In this document: positions 49,741 through 63,933 of the stretch, one piece after another
Numbering within the stretch: the first letter of the stretch is position 1
How the letters are laid out: each line of letters starts with the position of its first letter
NCBI GenBank assembly: GCA_973895155.1
Contig: OZ316892.1
Location: 15,740,861 to 15,804,860, forward strand
DNA length: 64,000 nucleotides
Origin: Marsupella aquatica
Lineage: Eukaryota; Plantae; Marchantiophyta
Direction: 5' to 3'
Notes under the pieces: generated by a model
Told to the model about the DNA's origin: nothing
The model's input: the letters and a program-made list of their open reading frames with translations, nothing else
Database searches by the model: none
Program-made: the position numbers and the translations under genes

Positions 49741-52700
49741 TCACAACGGTGGTAGGCCGCTTCGCTTACGATAGCTTCCAAGGATCTCTGAGGCATTACC
49801 CAAATTTTCTTCCGGCTCCCAAGTACTCTCGGCCTGGTCGTAGCCAGCCCACTTCACCAAATACTCTAAGATTTGCCTTCCCAACTTGAGTTTGTAACGG
49901 TGGTCCAGAATTGCCTCCACCTCAAACTCCTCCGCGTCCTCCACCAGCATGGCGTCCGGACGCAAGACCTGATCCTAGTTGGGATCATCATCTTTGACAA
50001 ACTTCTTGAGCCGGCTAACATGGTAGCTTTTGCCCACGCCCATTTCCTTGGGTGTCTCCAACACCACCAAAACCGGATTATCCTTGTCGGCCCATCGTAT
50101 GATGCGATAGGGCCCCGCATATCTGGGAGCCAACTTTCCTACTTATGTTCCCGTGGTATTGCTCAGGTCTCAACTGCAACCAGACGCTCTCCCCAATTTC
50201 AAAGCTTACCTGGCGTTGATGTTTATCCCCTTGCTCCTTGTACCGACTTTGGGCAAGGGTCATACCCTTGGTAGCCGCTTCCACAACTAGGCGTCGCTCT
50301 CGAATAAAATCGTCCGCAAAAGAAACCTTGATTTCCGTCCACCAAGCTTCTGGATTTATAAACCAGGAGGGCGCCCTTGGCATCCTCCCTGTGGCCAACA
50401 CAAACGGCGCAAACCCCATCGCCGAATGCTTGGTCGAGTTATACCTAAACTCGGCCATTGTTAAATGCTTCGCCCAATCCTTCTAATTGGCTGTCACAAA
50501 GTGACGCAAGTAGTCCTCCACGATACCATTAACCCGTTTTGTTTGGCCATCTATCTCATGATGATACGCTGATCCCCTGGTCAGGTCCGTTCCGGATAAC
50601 CGGAACAACGCCTTCCAGAAATGGCCCGTGAACTTGGTATCGCGATTGGACAGGATATGCAACGGCAATCCCCACTGTCGGAAGACATTGTCAAATACTA
50701 GACCGGCAACCTCTCGGGCCAAAACCATCTTCGTAGTAGGCAAGAAATACGCCATCTTGGAAAAACGATCCACGATTGTTAAGATGGAGTTACTTCCGTG
50801 GGACTCCAGTAATCCAACAATGAAGTCCATGGAGATAGACTCCCATGGAGCCGCAGCTACTGGTAAGGGTTGCAGCAGTCCTCCTTTTGCCCTATAGACC
50901 GTTCGGTTCTTTTGGCACGAGTAACAACTTTGCACGTGTTGAAGGACCAATTGCTTCATGTCTGGCCAATACACATCTCGTGACATGCTGCGATACATGG
51001 CGGCTTATCCTCTGTGCCCTCCCTAGGGCGAGTCGTGGTACTTTTGCAGAACCTCTAACCTTAGAGACTCTGGTATGTACACACGCCTCTACTTGTATTG
51101 CCATAACTGGACATTATGCGTCGTATCCAACCCCAATGATACGTGCCTTACCTTGCCCTGGCTACCCCCATTGCTTTGCCAATCCTTAGCTAACCTGTCA
51201 TCCCCATACGCCGCGGCCAGAACCTTTGGCCACTCGGATTCGAGCATCATGATCCCATTGACACGATGTTGGTCCTTACGCGATAACGCGTCCGCTGTCG
51301 TATTTGTCTTCCCTGGAATGTGGCGGACTTCGAAATCGAAATCCGCCAAGAACATATGCCAGCGCATTTCCTTGGGGTTCAGCCTTGGCTTAGAACTGAA
51401 GTACCCGGTCGGCGAGCTATCTGTGTGGATTACCACTTTGGGACCGTTCTTAAGGTAAATCTCCCACTTCTTCAACGCGTAGATCACAACATACATTTCC
51501 CTTTCCGGCGTGATCCAGTGATTTTCCAACTTACATGACTCAAAGGCCACAGGACGCCCATCTTGGTGAAGACAGGTGTCGATGGCATAATCACTTGCGT
51601 CTGTCCAAATCTCGAACGGCTTCCCCATCTCAGGTAACTTTAGAACCGGCGGCGTTATCATTAAACGCTTAAGTTCTAGGAATGCTAACTCGCAATCCTA
51701 TGTCCACACAAACACTTTGTTTTTCAACGTTAGCGCATTGAGGGGCCTCGCGATCCTCGCATAGTCTTTCATGTATCTCCGATAGAACCCCGTAAATCCT
51801 AAGAAGGCTCTAACTTGCCTTACATTGGACGGACGCTCCCATTCTTTGATCTCCTTAAGCTTATCCTGACTAGGTGTAATCCCTTCCGGGGTAAAGGTGT
51901 GGCCGAGGAACTGAATCTCCTTCATCGCAAACTCGCACTTGCTAGGTTTAGCAAAGAGAGGAGCCTTACGAAGGCAAGAGAACACTTCTCTGAGCAACTG
52001 CTCATGCTCCTCCAATGTTTTCGAGTAGATTAGGATGTCGTCAATAAAGACGACCACTCCTTGGTCCAACAAGTCATGAAAGATGGTATTCATCATCTTC
52101 ATGAACGTTGCGGTTGCATTACACAACCCGAACGACATAACCAAAAACTCATAGGATCCAAACCTTGTGCGCATCGCGGTCTTATACTCGTCTCCCTTAG
52201 CCATGCGGATCTGGTAATACCCAGACCGCAAGTCCACTTTTGAAAACCTCTTAGCCTCGGAGAGGCAATCAAAGAGGTCATCCATATGAGGTAACGGGTA
52301 CTTGTTCTTTACCGTCTGCTTATTGAGGGCCCGGTAATCTACGCACAATCTCAAAGTACCATCCTTTTTGGACACAAACAGTGCGGGCGCCCCGTAAGGA
52401 CTCTTACTAGGGCAAATGAATCCTTGGTCGATCAACTCTTCCAAGGCGTTCTTCAACATCATTCGCTTGTTCAGGTTCAAACGATAAGGAGCTTTAGCCT
52501 AAGGAGCCAATCCTAGCTCCAACTCAACTTGGTGATCCACTTCTCTCCGCGGGGGTAAACCTTTAGGTAGCTTCTGCGAGAGCACTCGTTGAATTCCTCT
52601 AAAATTTTGGGAATTCAACCGCAGTCGGGCCCGACCTTAGCTGACTTGACCTTTGGCTGCAACGCAGCCTCCTTAGTTGGGTGGAGATGAAAGAAGAAAC

Positions 52701-54075
52701 ATTCATGTCCACCCTTGAAGTCTTTCCACCATTGCTTCGCCGATACACACGGAGACATCCACGACACTTTACTTACTTTAAGAAATCTTTCTTTATTTTC
52801 GGTAATTTTGTGTACAACGATGGGCTCACCGCCCTTATTGGGAAAATGGAGCACCTCACTCCCCAGTTTCAAGGTAACATTGTGCTTTCTGAGATAACCT
52901 ACCGACAAAATGAAGTCTACGGCTAGACCGTCTAGAACGTAGAACATCTCTTGACTAACAAAATTTTGTTGTTTGCCTGTGACCTCTACCCGAAGTCTAT
53001 GCACTACTCTCGACACTATCCCCTTCGTGTCATTGGCAAACTTGCACACTAACGGTTGTAACAACTCTTGCACGTCCACCCCAAGACGAGCTGCCGCCTG
53101 CCCACTTATGAAGCAGGCGGTCGCGCTTGTATCCACCAAAGCAACACCCAGATTACCGTTAGAAGTGACATTCACAAAAATCAGTTTTTCAGGATCCATT
53201 GTCTTAAATTTAGGTATCTTCTCTCGCAACAACACCCTCTCTCCGTCAGGGACATCCCCTTCAGGGACCTTGTCAGCTACTAAGGGTTCGGTTAGAGCGA
53301 TACTTACCTTAATGCTCTTCTGCCCTCCACCATCTCCGTTTGGTTTGCCACCTTTCGTGGAACAATCCTTACTTTGATGGCCCATGGCACCACATGTGAA
53401 ACACGAACCTTCAGCCCGCCTCTGCTCCATGGTTGCCTGCTTCTTTGCTTTCTGTGCTGATGAGGCTCCTTTCTTAAAGTTGTCGGCCTTCCGGTTTTGC
53501 TTAGCTTCTCCATTCTGGGTCTGGGGATCCGAACCACCGGCCCCCGCCCCCTTAGGTTGCTTACGCTTATTCCCGGGACCTTTTGCTTTCCCAGCTTACC
53601 CCTCGGATCCCTTGCCACCCACCTTTGCCAAGTCCGGTCGGTTATTCACCAACGTAGTGGCCTTGTCGAAGGCATCAGAAAGCGTTTTGAACTCATGACG
53701 CTTTTCCTGCAACTTTTTCCTTAGCAACGGCGGGAGCTTCACGATAAAGTTGTGAAGCTGTGTATGCAGGGTCTCTTGTCCCGCCGGGATACACGCCAAC
53801 TGATTTTGGTAATAAGTGATGAACTTTTGGATATCACCCCTAAAGCTCATCTCCGTTACACATTTCTGAGCGTGCCGCTCCGGGTACTTAGTGGTGACAT
53901 GAGCACGGAGACCCTCAACCAGGTTTTCCCAAGTTAACGGCAAGGAGGAGTCCTCTCGCGACTTCTTCCATGACTTGTACCAAGTCAAGGCATAGTCCTT
54001 CAGGTAAGGAGCGGCTGCGGTAGCCCAAGTGGAACGCTCAACGCACGCTTGAAGATGAATCTCCATTGTGGAGAG
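49741..54075 (-). pseudogene. Chromovirus (Ty3/Gypsy) gag-pol: gag, CCHC, protease, RT, RNase H, integrase, chromodomain; degenerate
   Basis: CFTCGAMGHQSKDC, ALVDTSA, LRLCVDYRALN, VFIDDIL, WTDASDYA, WESISMDFI and FEVEAILDHR..EYLVKWAGYD..STWEPEENL. The gag is cut at 54075 by another LTR element. Confidence 0.93.
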
Positions 54076-57000
54076 TGTCACGTCGTAGGCTTCGGCCTTA
54101 ACTCAGACTTCAGCTTAGACGGGCACATCCCTCGTAAATCTGAGGGTTCGGGCAGGAAGGGAAGCACGTAATGCACCTTATTCTCGTAAACTAGCGCTAA
54201 GTGCGCATACTGCTAAATACGAACACCTCCTAGGTATGGTTTGTGTTCCGCCGCCGGAACGTACCTTAGTCGATAGCAGGATCGACCCCGGCTCAAGGGC
54301 TTCTAAGCCTTCGTGCTGTCCGCCTTCGATCCGGATTTGATGATACAGGTCCTCAACCCATGCTCGCAACCACTTACCCGCAGGCTGCACCCTGTGCACG
54401 TCTCGGGTAGTGCGTTTGGCCTGGCGCTGCCACCCATATATGAGAAACCCACACACATATGCGCACACATGCATACAATCTTGATTTACACGAAGGAAAA
54501 TGATGGGAAAGGATTTTACTACAAAGGGAACATATGCGTACACTTAGTTGACACGACAGCCCTGGAATGCACAGGTTCAAGGCCGAGGGTGCACACTACA
54601 ACGGAGCCCGGCTCCGCACTCGCCCGGCGAGCTTAGTCCTACCCCCTCCCCTTGGTACTCTGTCATTCCCAGAGGTCGGGACTCCCCGCATGTCCCGCGG
54701 ATGTCCGACTCTGAAACTAAAAACCCCCCTACCTCTACCGAGGGGTGCACTAAATACTAAGAGCCGAGGAACGGGGTGTCCTCTCGCCGAAGATTCGCTG
54801 ACTAAGGTCCTAACTAAGCTGACAGTCAGGCCGGAAAACGGCTGTGTCTTATTAGAAGATCCTAATCTACGCAGGCTGGACAGCAGGGCAGCGCTGCTGT
54901 ACCTAAGGCAGGTGCCTGTCCCAAGAGCCTGACTAAGCCAATCCTAATCCTAATCTATTCCTACTCCGCCGCTAATGCCTGGCACGCTTGCCAGAGCCGC
55001 CCGAATGGGAACGGCCATCCCGCTGCCTTCGAAGCCTGTCATTGTCCGCCTTGAGGAGCTGGACCTGGTCCAGCAGAGATTCGTTCTCTCGCCTTGCCGC
55101 GTCCGTCTCCTCTGCTGCCTCCTGACATGCCTCCTCCAGCTGCTGGGCGTCGCTCGTCAGTTTACTCGCCAGCTGGTCCTGCTTCTCGGCCTCGGTTTGG
55201 AGCCGCGCCATCTCGGCCTGCAGCGTGGCTATCTCCGTCGCGTCCCGTTGGGCTCGCTCCTCGGCCTCCTCCAGGTCTTTCTGCCAGGTGACAGCTTGTT
55301 TCTTCAAACTGTCAATCTGGTTCCAGAGTCGTGTAATCTCGGCCTCGTTCCCGGCTTTGGCCTGTTCGGCTAGGGCGGTAAGAGCGTACGCCTTTGCTAA
55401 CAACTCATCGGCGGCTGCAACCTTGGGTCGTAGTTGCAGAAGCTCAGCCTCTTGAGCCGCCACTTCGTTCTTTAGGTACACGGACTCCACCTGGTACCGC
55501 TCTATCCTCTGAAGGGCCTCCGACTGGGCCCGACCTGCCTTTACGGCGGCAACCAACTCCTGATTGAAGAAACAGGCTACCTTTCGGGCCATGAACTCCC
55601 CGGTATCCCGGGCAATTTGATGAGAGAAATCTCCCAGAAGCCCGTTCAGAAATGTACCCTGTACGAAGAGTTCCGGGTGGTCCAAGTTGTGCTTGTCCGG
55701 ATTTGGGCACGGGCAGACATCAACACGCGTAGGGGCCGGGGCAGTGACGTCCAGCCCTGGGGACATAACGTTGAAAGGGGCTGGAGTGTCCTCCTGCAGC
55801 GATGTCCGGTTCTCCGGAATTGCCACCGGCGGGTCCTTGGGAGACCCGGGTTCGGGTAAGACCTCTGCCGTACCAACTTCTGTACTTAGCCCGGCGAGTT
55901 GGGTCGCATCAACGGTTGCGACGACCGACCCCTCTGGTGCCTCCTCGGTTACGATTACAGCTATTTGTGGAGGTGGGGTGGGTGAAGCTGGCGTGTCCAC
56001 TGGACTTCGGGCCTCGGGTTGGGGCCGTCTCTCCAATCCCGGAAAAACCCACCTAGCTGGGACCAGCTTTGTAACGTTGATGCGGGGAAGGGTTCGTCGA
56101 TCAAACCGGGCGTACCACTCAAGAATGATTTCGATGTGGCTAGCGAAATACGCCTTCCCGCCAATGTACAGTGTCTTCCTTCGCCGCTCCATCTCTTCAT
56201 GGAATTTCTTAGTGAAGTACGACGCCCATTTCCTAGGTCGATGGTTCTCGACTTGGATAACCTGGGCGGCGGAGATCTCCCCCCGGGGTTCCATCATGTG
56301 GAGAGCGTACCTCTGGAACTCCAGCCGCTCAGCTATCTCGGGCATGAGGCAGGTCCTCATCACGAACCCGTTGTCTACTGATCCCTCTGAGGGAAAACTT
56401 GAAGATTGGTACTTGGCCCCCTTGCCCCCGGGAGCCCGTGATTCGACTCGATGGTCACCTTCGGGTAACCCGAAGATCATCTTGAGCCGTTCTTCTGTGA
56501 GGGACATATTCCTTCCCCGCAGCCGAGTCTGTTGACGTACGTCGTCATAATTCTTGACGAATTCTGTCATGTCCTCCCCGTAGTACCTGCAAGTGTTCCA
56601 GGGGAGAGAGGCGAGGTGCTCAAATCCCTGAGTCTTCAGGTACACCGCATGCTTGGGATGGAGGATGTTGCTGTGAACGTTTTCCCCCATGCGATGCATC
56701 GTCACCTTGGCTACGGCTACCGTGGCCAACGGTAACCCGGATGCAGTGGCGGATTCCTTCCTCTTCTTTCCCCGTGACTGACTCGGGGAAGGTGATACTT
56801 CCCCATCCTCCCGATCGGGCCTGGGGAGTGCCACTGCGGTTGGTAACGGGCCCGGGGCGGCCACGGTCACCATGTTGTCTGCTGGGGCCGCTCCTGGGGT
56901 CAGAGCAGGGGGTGGGGACGATATAGTGTCAGCCCCCCGAGCGCTTGTTCCTCTGGGCCGCCTGGTCAAGGGTGGGGTAGCCTCGTCGTCATCGCTAAGA

Positions 57001-58083
57001 TCCACAGCGTTGATGACGGAGCGTACCTGTGCTGGCTGGGTGATAGGTGGTGGGGTTTGGCTAGGCTACGGCTGAGGCTGAGGCTGGGGTTGCATGGGCA
57101 CGGGTACGGGTACGGGTACGGGTACGAGTACGGGCCCGGCTGAGTTGGTCATGTTGGTTGATGGCCGAGTTCCCATGAAGCTCTGCAGGTGCTGGTAGAA
57201 GTTCTCCGAAGCGAGTGCGGGCGCCCTTGTTGAACGGTTGGTACTGGACTCGCCGTTAATGACAGCCCGAACCTAGGCAGGGATGTGGTCGAAGTGATGT
57301 CGTTGCAGGTCGATTGTACCCGGGATATTGAAGACCTCGTCCGGAAGCCGAAGCAATGCTTCCCAGAACCCGATATATTTATCTCCGTTGAAGTACCCAG
57401 ATACCTCAGCTGGTCGGTAAAGCTCGCTCTGAGATGGGTAGTCAAAGTTAAGGACGTAGTGGTGTCGTCCTGCTAGGTGGATGACTCTCTCGTATTCGCG
57501 TTCGATCTCGTATCGGCGCGGGTTGGCGTGTATCAATGAATCGGCCAAGTCCCTTCCGGTAGATAGGAACTGCATCCAGAATCAAATGGCCGAGCTGGAG
57601 AGGATCGTGTGCGACATTCAGAGGAGATAGTAGTGGCGACCTAGAGAGAACGAGAGAGCTGGGGTCAAAGCTGGCGCGCGGACTGATGGACTGGTGCACT
57701 ACAAAGGGTTGGCTCCCCTTTTATACTTTGAGGGCTTGTCGATCCCCGACGTCTCCTCGACGCCCATAGGTTGAACCGCTCACGCTTGTGGTGTACCGGC
57801 CACTCCGCCGGTCTGAGTCAGCGTGCGTCAGTGGCCGCTTCCTTAAGTTTGTTATACGGACCCGAGGGAGGGGCCCCTCCACGCTCGTAACCCGGGTGTG
57901 CGAATAGCGACCCGCCGCCAGCCCGAACCTGAAGTCCCCCTTATTGCCTAATGATGTCCTACCCCTAATGATTACCTAAATACTGTCGTTATGCTAATAA
58001 TAGCGGCCTAAGACCCACCTAATGCGCGTGCCGAGCGCAGTTAGACTAAATCACTCATTAACCGCCGTACCGACGGCGTCACA
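54076..58083 (-). mobile_element. Putative 4008-bp 3-prime LTR of the large Gypsy element
   Basis: Ends TGTCACGTCGTAGG and (reverse complement) TGTGACGCCGTCGG. Purine tract AAGCAGGGAGCTA precedes it on the minus strand. Ends and internal blocks are shared with the solo LTR at 25861. Confidence 0.72.
54972..57575 (-). pseudogene. Accessory ORF within the putative LTR (~867 codons, two in-frame TAGs; coiled-coil C-terminus)
   Basis: Track ORFs 57273-57575 and 54972-57005 are in one frame. TATAAAA lies on the minus strand near 57720. Homologous to 21277-23706. Confidence 0.78.
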
Positions 58084-61000
58084 TAGCTCCCTGCTTAATT
58101 GTGAAGCATCCTCGCGAACATCGCTATCGGCGTCGTCATCTTGATGGTGGTACTTTTTTACACGATTGTAGCTGATTCGCGTGGGGAGTAAATCGCCGGC
58201 ATACGTCGCAAGCTCCAAAGATCCGTTTCGGTAGATCTGATTGACAAGGAAGGGCCCCAACCACCGGGTATGCAGCTTCCCTGGAAACTGCATGTACCTA
58301 CTATCGTACAGAAGGACTAGATCGCCTGCCACGACGTCGACCCTCCGTAGTCCTTTGTCGTGCTGCTTCTTCGAAGTTGCCTGTTTCTTCACGGTGTGTC
58401 GAGCTGCCAGTAGCCGTGCTTCTTCCAAGGCTTCAATCTGATAAGCTCGGTCTGACAGACTTTCAGATTCAGGTAAGCGATCCCGAATGCTGATCCGTGG
58501 AGTGTGCACTTCAAATTCGACGGGCACCAACGAATGTTGGCCGAACACCAGAAAGTACGGGCTGTGACTTGTAGTAGTTTTGTAAGCTAGGTTATACGAG
58601 TACACCGCCGCGTACAACTTATCATCCCAATCCGTTTTGTGCGCAGCTACAGTTTTGTTGAGGATCCTCCCAATGATACCATTTGCTCTCTCCGCCATCC
58701 CGTTGGCTTTAGGATGATATGGGGTAGTCTTGCGGTGCTTGACTAGGTAACGCTCCGTAAGCTGGGCTACGGTGTCATTGAGGAAGTGGGTTCCACGGTC
58801 GCTTACCAATTCTAAGGGCGGTCCGAATCGGGTGAAAATCTGTTCGTATAAGAATCTGGCACTGGTTGCGGCGTCGTCCTTTACCGTAGCCCGCGCTTCG
58901 ACCCATTTGGTGGAGTAATCAATAGCTAATAGGATGTACCTGCACCTTCGCCTTCGGGTAACGGGAGTGAACGGTCCGATATAATCAATTCCCCATTTTT
59001 CGAATGGTGCCAATGGAAGCACAGATGTGAGCGGGTGATGATGAGCCCGCCTCGGGGCCCCCGCTCGTTGACACAAGTCACAGCCTTTAATGAAGCGCTG
59101 TACATCCCGATGCAACGTAGGCCACCAATACCCCGAGTCCAGAATCTTTCGGGCTATCGTAACTGCCGCGAAATGGCCTCCAGCTTCTTCTTCATGCAGG
59201 GCCCGTATCACGATAAGTGTCTCCTTATACTCTAAGCAGCGTCGTAACTTTCCGTTAATACCTTCCTTATGTAGGTGACCCTGTATCATGACGTAAGGCC
59301 CAGCTTTCCGTAAAAACACAGCGGCGGCCTCCTGATTGATACCGTCAGGGATGCGGCCCGTTAAAAGGAAGGTGATTATTGAGCCGTACCACGTTGGTGT
59401 CCCTTCCCCCACGTGGAACAACTCCTCATCCGGAAAAATATCATCAATTGGCTGATCGACTGGTACGCCGTCCAGTCGTGAAAAGAAATCGGCATTGAGG
59501 TGTACCCTTCCTGCCCGAACCCGAACTTCGTAATTAAATTCCTGGAGAAGTAGCACCCACCGGGCTATCCGTCCTGTCACATCCGCTTTGTTGACCATGT
59601 ACTTCAGGCTATCATGATCCGTGTGGAAAATGACCTTGTAGCCTAGCAGATAGTGTCGGAACTTTTTACACGAGTAGATTATTCCCAAAGCTTCTCGATC
59701 AGTGGGGGAATAATTCTTTTCGGCTGCAAATAGTTGACGGCTAGCGAAATAGATGGGGTGATCACGTCCATCCTCATCTAGCTGACTAAGTACGGATCCG
59801 ATACAGAACCCTGACACATCGACATACACGTGGAACTCCTTATTCCAGTCTGGGGTGACCATGATAGGCGCGGTGGTGAGTCGTTTACGGAGTTCCTCAA
59901 AAGCAATCCGTCTTCGGGGTGTCTCCTCGACCGCTGCGTCTTTCTTCATCATCTCAGTTAAGGGCAACGCAATTTTAGCAAAGTCTTTAATGAACCGGCG
60001 GTAATACCCTACGCAGCCCAAGAAGGATCGTACTGCTTTTTGATCCAAGGGGAACACCACCGCCATCCAGGCCGCAACTTTCTCTTGGTCCACCTCAATG
60101 CCCCGTTTGGACACACGATGCCCGAGTAACACCCCCTCCTCTACCCCGAAGAAGCATTTGGCGGGATGTAGTTTGAGGTTAACATCTCGGCATCGTTGCA
60201 ACGTTCGTCGTAGGTGTTCGGGGTGCATGGCAACGGTTCCGAAGATGGCAAAGTCATCGATAAATATCTCCAAAAATTCCCGTAGGAAATCGTGGAAGAT
60301 ATTCATCATAAGGCGCTGAAACATAGCCGGGGCGTTACACAGACCAAAAGGCATCCTCCGAAATGCGAACGTTCCCCACTCCGTAGTGAAAGTTGTTTTG
60401 AGTTGATCCGCGAGACGAATCCAGATTTGGTTATAACCTGAATACCCGTCAAGGAATGTATAGATTTCATTTCGGGCCACCATATCTAGAACCATATCCG
60501 TGAATGGTAATGGGTAATGGTCTTTTCGGGTTGCGTCATTCAGCTTACGGTAGTCCTGACAGATACGAATCTTAGGTTTTCCATCCGTACCTCCCTTCTT
60601 TGGTACAATGACAATGGGAGAGACCCAGTCGCTGGCCATTACCGGGTAAATGATATCGGCGGCGAGGAGACGATCAATTTCCTCCTTCACTAAGATGGAG
60701 TACCTCGGATTCATGCGACGTTGTCGCTGTCGTACCGCATGGGCTCCTAGGTTCAGATCGATTGTGTGTTCTCCCAACTCGGGGGAGACGCTTGTTAAAT
60801 CATGATGACTCCATGCAAACACATCTTCATATTCCTTGAGCAAAGCTTGGATGGATTTTTCAGCCTTCCCCGTCAGAGCGTGGCCCAGGTTAAAAGATTT
60901 GTCCATCCCAATAGTGTACTTCCGGTAATGCTCCTTCCTGATGACTTCAACCTGGTTTCGTAGACTCGGGTCCAGGCTCGCGTCAAGCTCAGCTAACCGA

Positions 61001-63933
61001 ACCCCTCCGTACATGGGTGGGACCGGGATTGGTCTCGGGATGGGGTTTACTTCCTCCAATTGCGGAATGGACGGATCCCATGAGACTCGCTTTTTATGTC
61101 TCGGTCTCGAGTTTTCAGCCTCAGGCGGTTGTTGGGCTGGTTCATGGTTACGAGGCTCTGAAATGGAAGGAGTAGCCTCGGCTCCCTGCTTAGCTGGAGC
61201 CGTGTCCTCCATCTCGACGAGTTGTTCGTGCGTTTCCTCATCCCCGACAGTAGATGTACTTGGGGTGGACTCAATGGCAGCCCTCGGGTAATTTAGGAGA
61301 TGTGTTTCTCAGGTTGCTTCAACTCCGAAGACATCTTCCTCGGATAGGGACGAGATGAGTTCGATCATATTGAGTTCCTCTTCCTCCGAGGTCTCCGAAT
61401 CATATTCCTCGGGTCCTTGTGGGGTTTCTCCCTGATAATCGTCCATTGCCCAGGATACCCGTACGGTGGGTTCCCCGAACCGTAGCTCCTTCTTTCCCCA
61501 ATCCGTGACTACGCGGCCACCGTACAACCACGGCCTGCCCAGAAGAACCGGATAAGAGGAGGGACGAACCGGCCTCATGACTAAGAAGTTGAGATAGAAC
61601 TCTACCCCTCCCACCAGAGTGGGCACTCGTGTGAGCGTGCCTAATGGGAGGACCCTTGCCCCGTTTGCTAATCTGATAGCTCGGGCCGTGGGTTGATACG
61701 TGAGGTATCCTAACTTGACTGATGTTTCTTCAGTCATGATGTTGACTCCCGCTCCTCCGTCTACAAGAACCATCTTGATGGTACAGTTATTAATTTTGAT
61801 CGAGATGTCCGGCGCTCCAAGGTCCTCGCATATCATGTTGCAGTCCGCACTCCCAACTCGGGGTAGTCTCCTCCTTCGGCGACCCATGAGCAACTCCCTC
61901 AGTTGTCGTCTGTACTGTGGGTTGTTCTGCAGCAGTTGCCCCACCGTCGCTGTAACCGGGCAACTCTTCACGTCCTCCTTAATATCATAGTCCTCCTTTG
62001 TTTCTTTCGTTGGCTGCTGCTTGGCTTCCTCTTGTTTATCTTGCTTTTCTTGCTCCTGACGCCGGGCTGTCTCGGCTGCTTTGATGTCCTTATCGATTGC
62101 CTTCTGGTATTCCCGAGCTTCGTAAGCCTCCAGTTGTTTCTTTACCAATTCTTCGATGCGGGGGAAAAACAGCTTCGGGTCATCCCATCGGTAGTCATCG
62201 TCCTTTTCCGGGGGTATATTTATCGCTGGCTGCACCGGAGTAGTATCTTGCTTTTTCCTCCGTTTCTCCTCCGTCTTTTCTTCCTTCCGTTCGGCCCTTG
62301 TCGACACTCGGTAGCACTCGGCCTCATCCAATGGATTAGGGTGTTCCGCCACGTCCACCAGATTCACCCACTCGGTGTTGTCATCTTGCCATTCTACAGC
62401 AATCATTTGGACGACTGCATCGCTCGTGACTGGTCCAGCCTGGGCCGGTCTAGCCGCACTCGTTCGAGCAGCGATTACCAACGGACAGTTGGACGTGGAA
62501 TGAGCCTCCGTTTTGCAAACTTGACATAGTGGGGTGCCTCGGCCATCTCCCTGACATCTTGGTTGGGTGCATTCCCTCGCAAAGTGTCCTGGCTTTTCAC
62601 ATTTGTAACAAACCGGGGACCACCAAATCCCTGGCTTAGGAGGGATGCTCGGGTTACTGATAACCTGGAAACTCCGGCCATTACTTGGGTAGGGGTACGC
62701 AGTTCTACCCGCTAAATTACGCGGTCCTACCATTGAAATCTGGTACACGGAATCAGGAGGGTCCTCAAAGAAATACTCCGTGGACTCCCATTCGGGGCCC
62801 GGGTTGTCAACATCATCCAGCTCTACTTGGTGAACTCGGTTCTTCCACCTTGGGCATTCCTGCACCACATGGCCGGATTGGAAGCACTTTGAACACCACG
62901 CATGGGCTTGAATCTCAGATGGCTTCTTCTTCTCCATCGGCTTCTCCGCAAGATGTACTGACAGTGCTTTGAGTCGATCCGTGATTTCGTTCAGCTTGTC
63001 TGCTTCGGCAGCCTTTGGATCTGGTATCGTTCTTCGCGCCCGGGGTTTAATCTTCCCCTCCTTCTTCACTCGTCTCTTCTTCTTTTTGCTCCGGCTTTCG
63101 CTCTCCAAGTCACTTCCTGATGAACTGGAGGTAGAGGATCCGATGCTTGAAGCTAAATCCGAACTGGATTCCGTCTCGGAGCTGGACGAGGTCGAACGAT
63201 GTTTCTTCTTCTTCTTGCGTTTCTTCTTCCTCTCGTCGTCCGATTCGGAGTCACTGTCACTGAAGGTTTCATACTTACCCTTCCTGCGGCGTGCTCGCTG
63301 GCTCCGCCGGGAGTTATAGGTGGACTCCCGGTAAGTTTCGGCGCACGCTATGGCCGCCTGCATTGAAATTGGATTATTCTGGCGTACCCAGAATTGCATA
63401 TTCGTGGGCAAACCATGAAGGAACCATGTAAGCTGGAGCGCGTCTCCTGGCCTGGGCCGGATCTTGGCCGCAAGTTTCTGAAACTTCTGAATGAACTTCC
63501 GCAGGGACTCTTTTTTTCCCATGCGAAGCTGGCCAATCTTTAATAGAGAACGCTGTTCTGATCCAATGGCACGAAACTCCTGCAGCAATGCAGCTTGGAA
63601 TTGTGCCCAGGTAGTCCCGGGTGGTAACGAGTTGTACCATGGACGAGCTTCTCCCCGCATCACTCCCGGGAGGATGGTTAGCTTAATGGCGTCTTCCCCA
63701 TTAGCTTTAGCAGTGGCTTCAAACTCATCCAACCATTCATCCGAATCATCCCCATGACGCCCTTTGAAAGGTCGATAATGAAATCGCGATCGTTGCGATA
63801 TTTGTGGAGGCACCTGAGCAGCGCGGGCCACCGGTGGAGCGGCTGCCATAGGTGGTGGTGGTGGTGGTGGTGGTGGTGGTACCGCAGCAGGGCCGGTCGA
63901 ACCGGACCCCGAAGATCCCGGGGGTATGTTCAT
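58051..63933 (-). CDS. Ty3/Gypsy gag-pol polyprotein (gag, 3 CCHC knuckles, protease, RT, RNase H, integrase) with one in-frame TGA at 61309-61311
   Basis: CYKCEKPGHFAREC, VLVDGGAGVN, RICQDYRKLN, IFIDDF, YVDVSG, H-x6-H..C-x2-C, WGIDYIGP and LVSDRGTHF. The two track ORFs share a frame. Confidence 0.95.

Noticed and set aside
54972-57005. Envelope gene
   Set aside because: No signal peptide or transmembrane segment; the C-terminus is a hydrophilic coiled coil.
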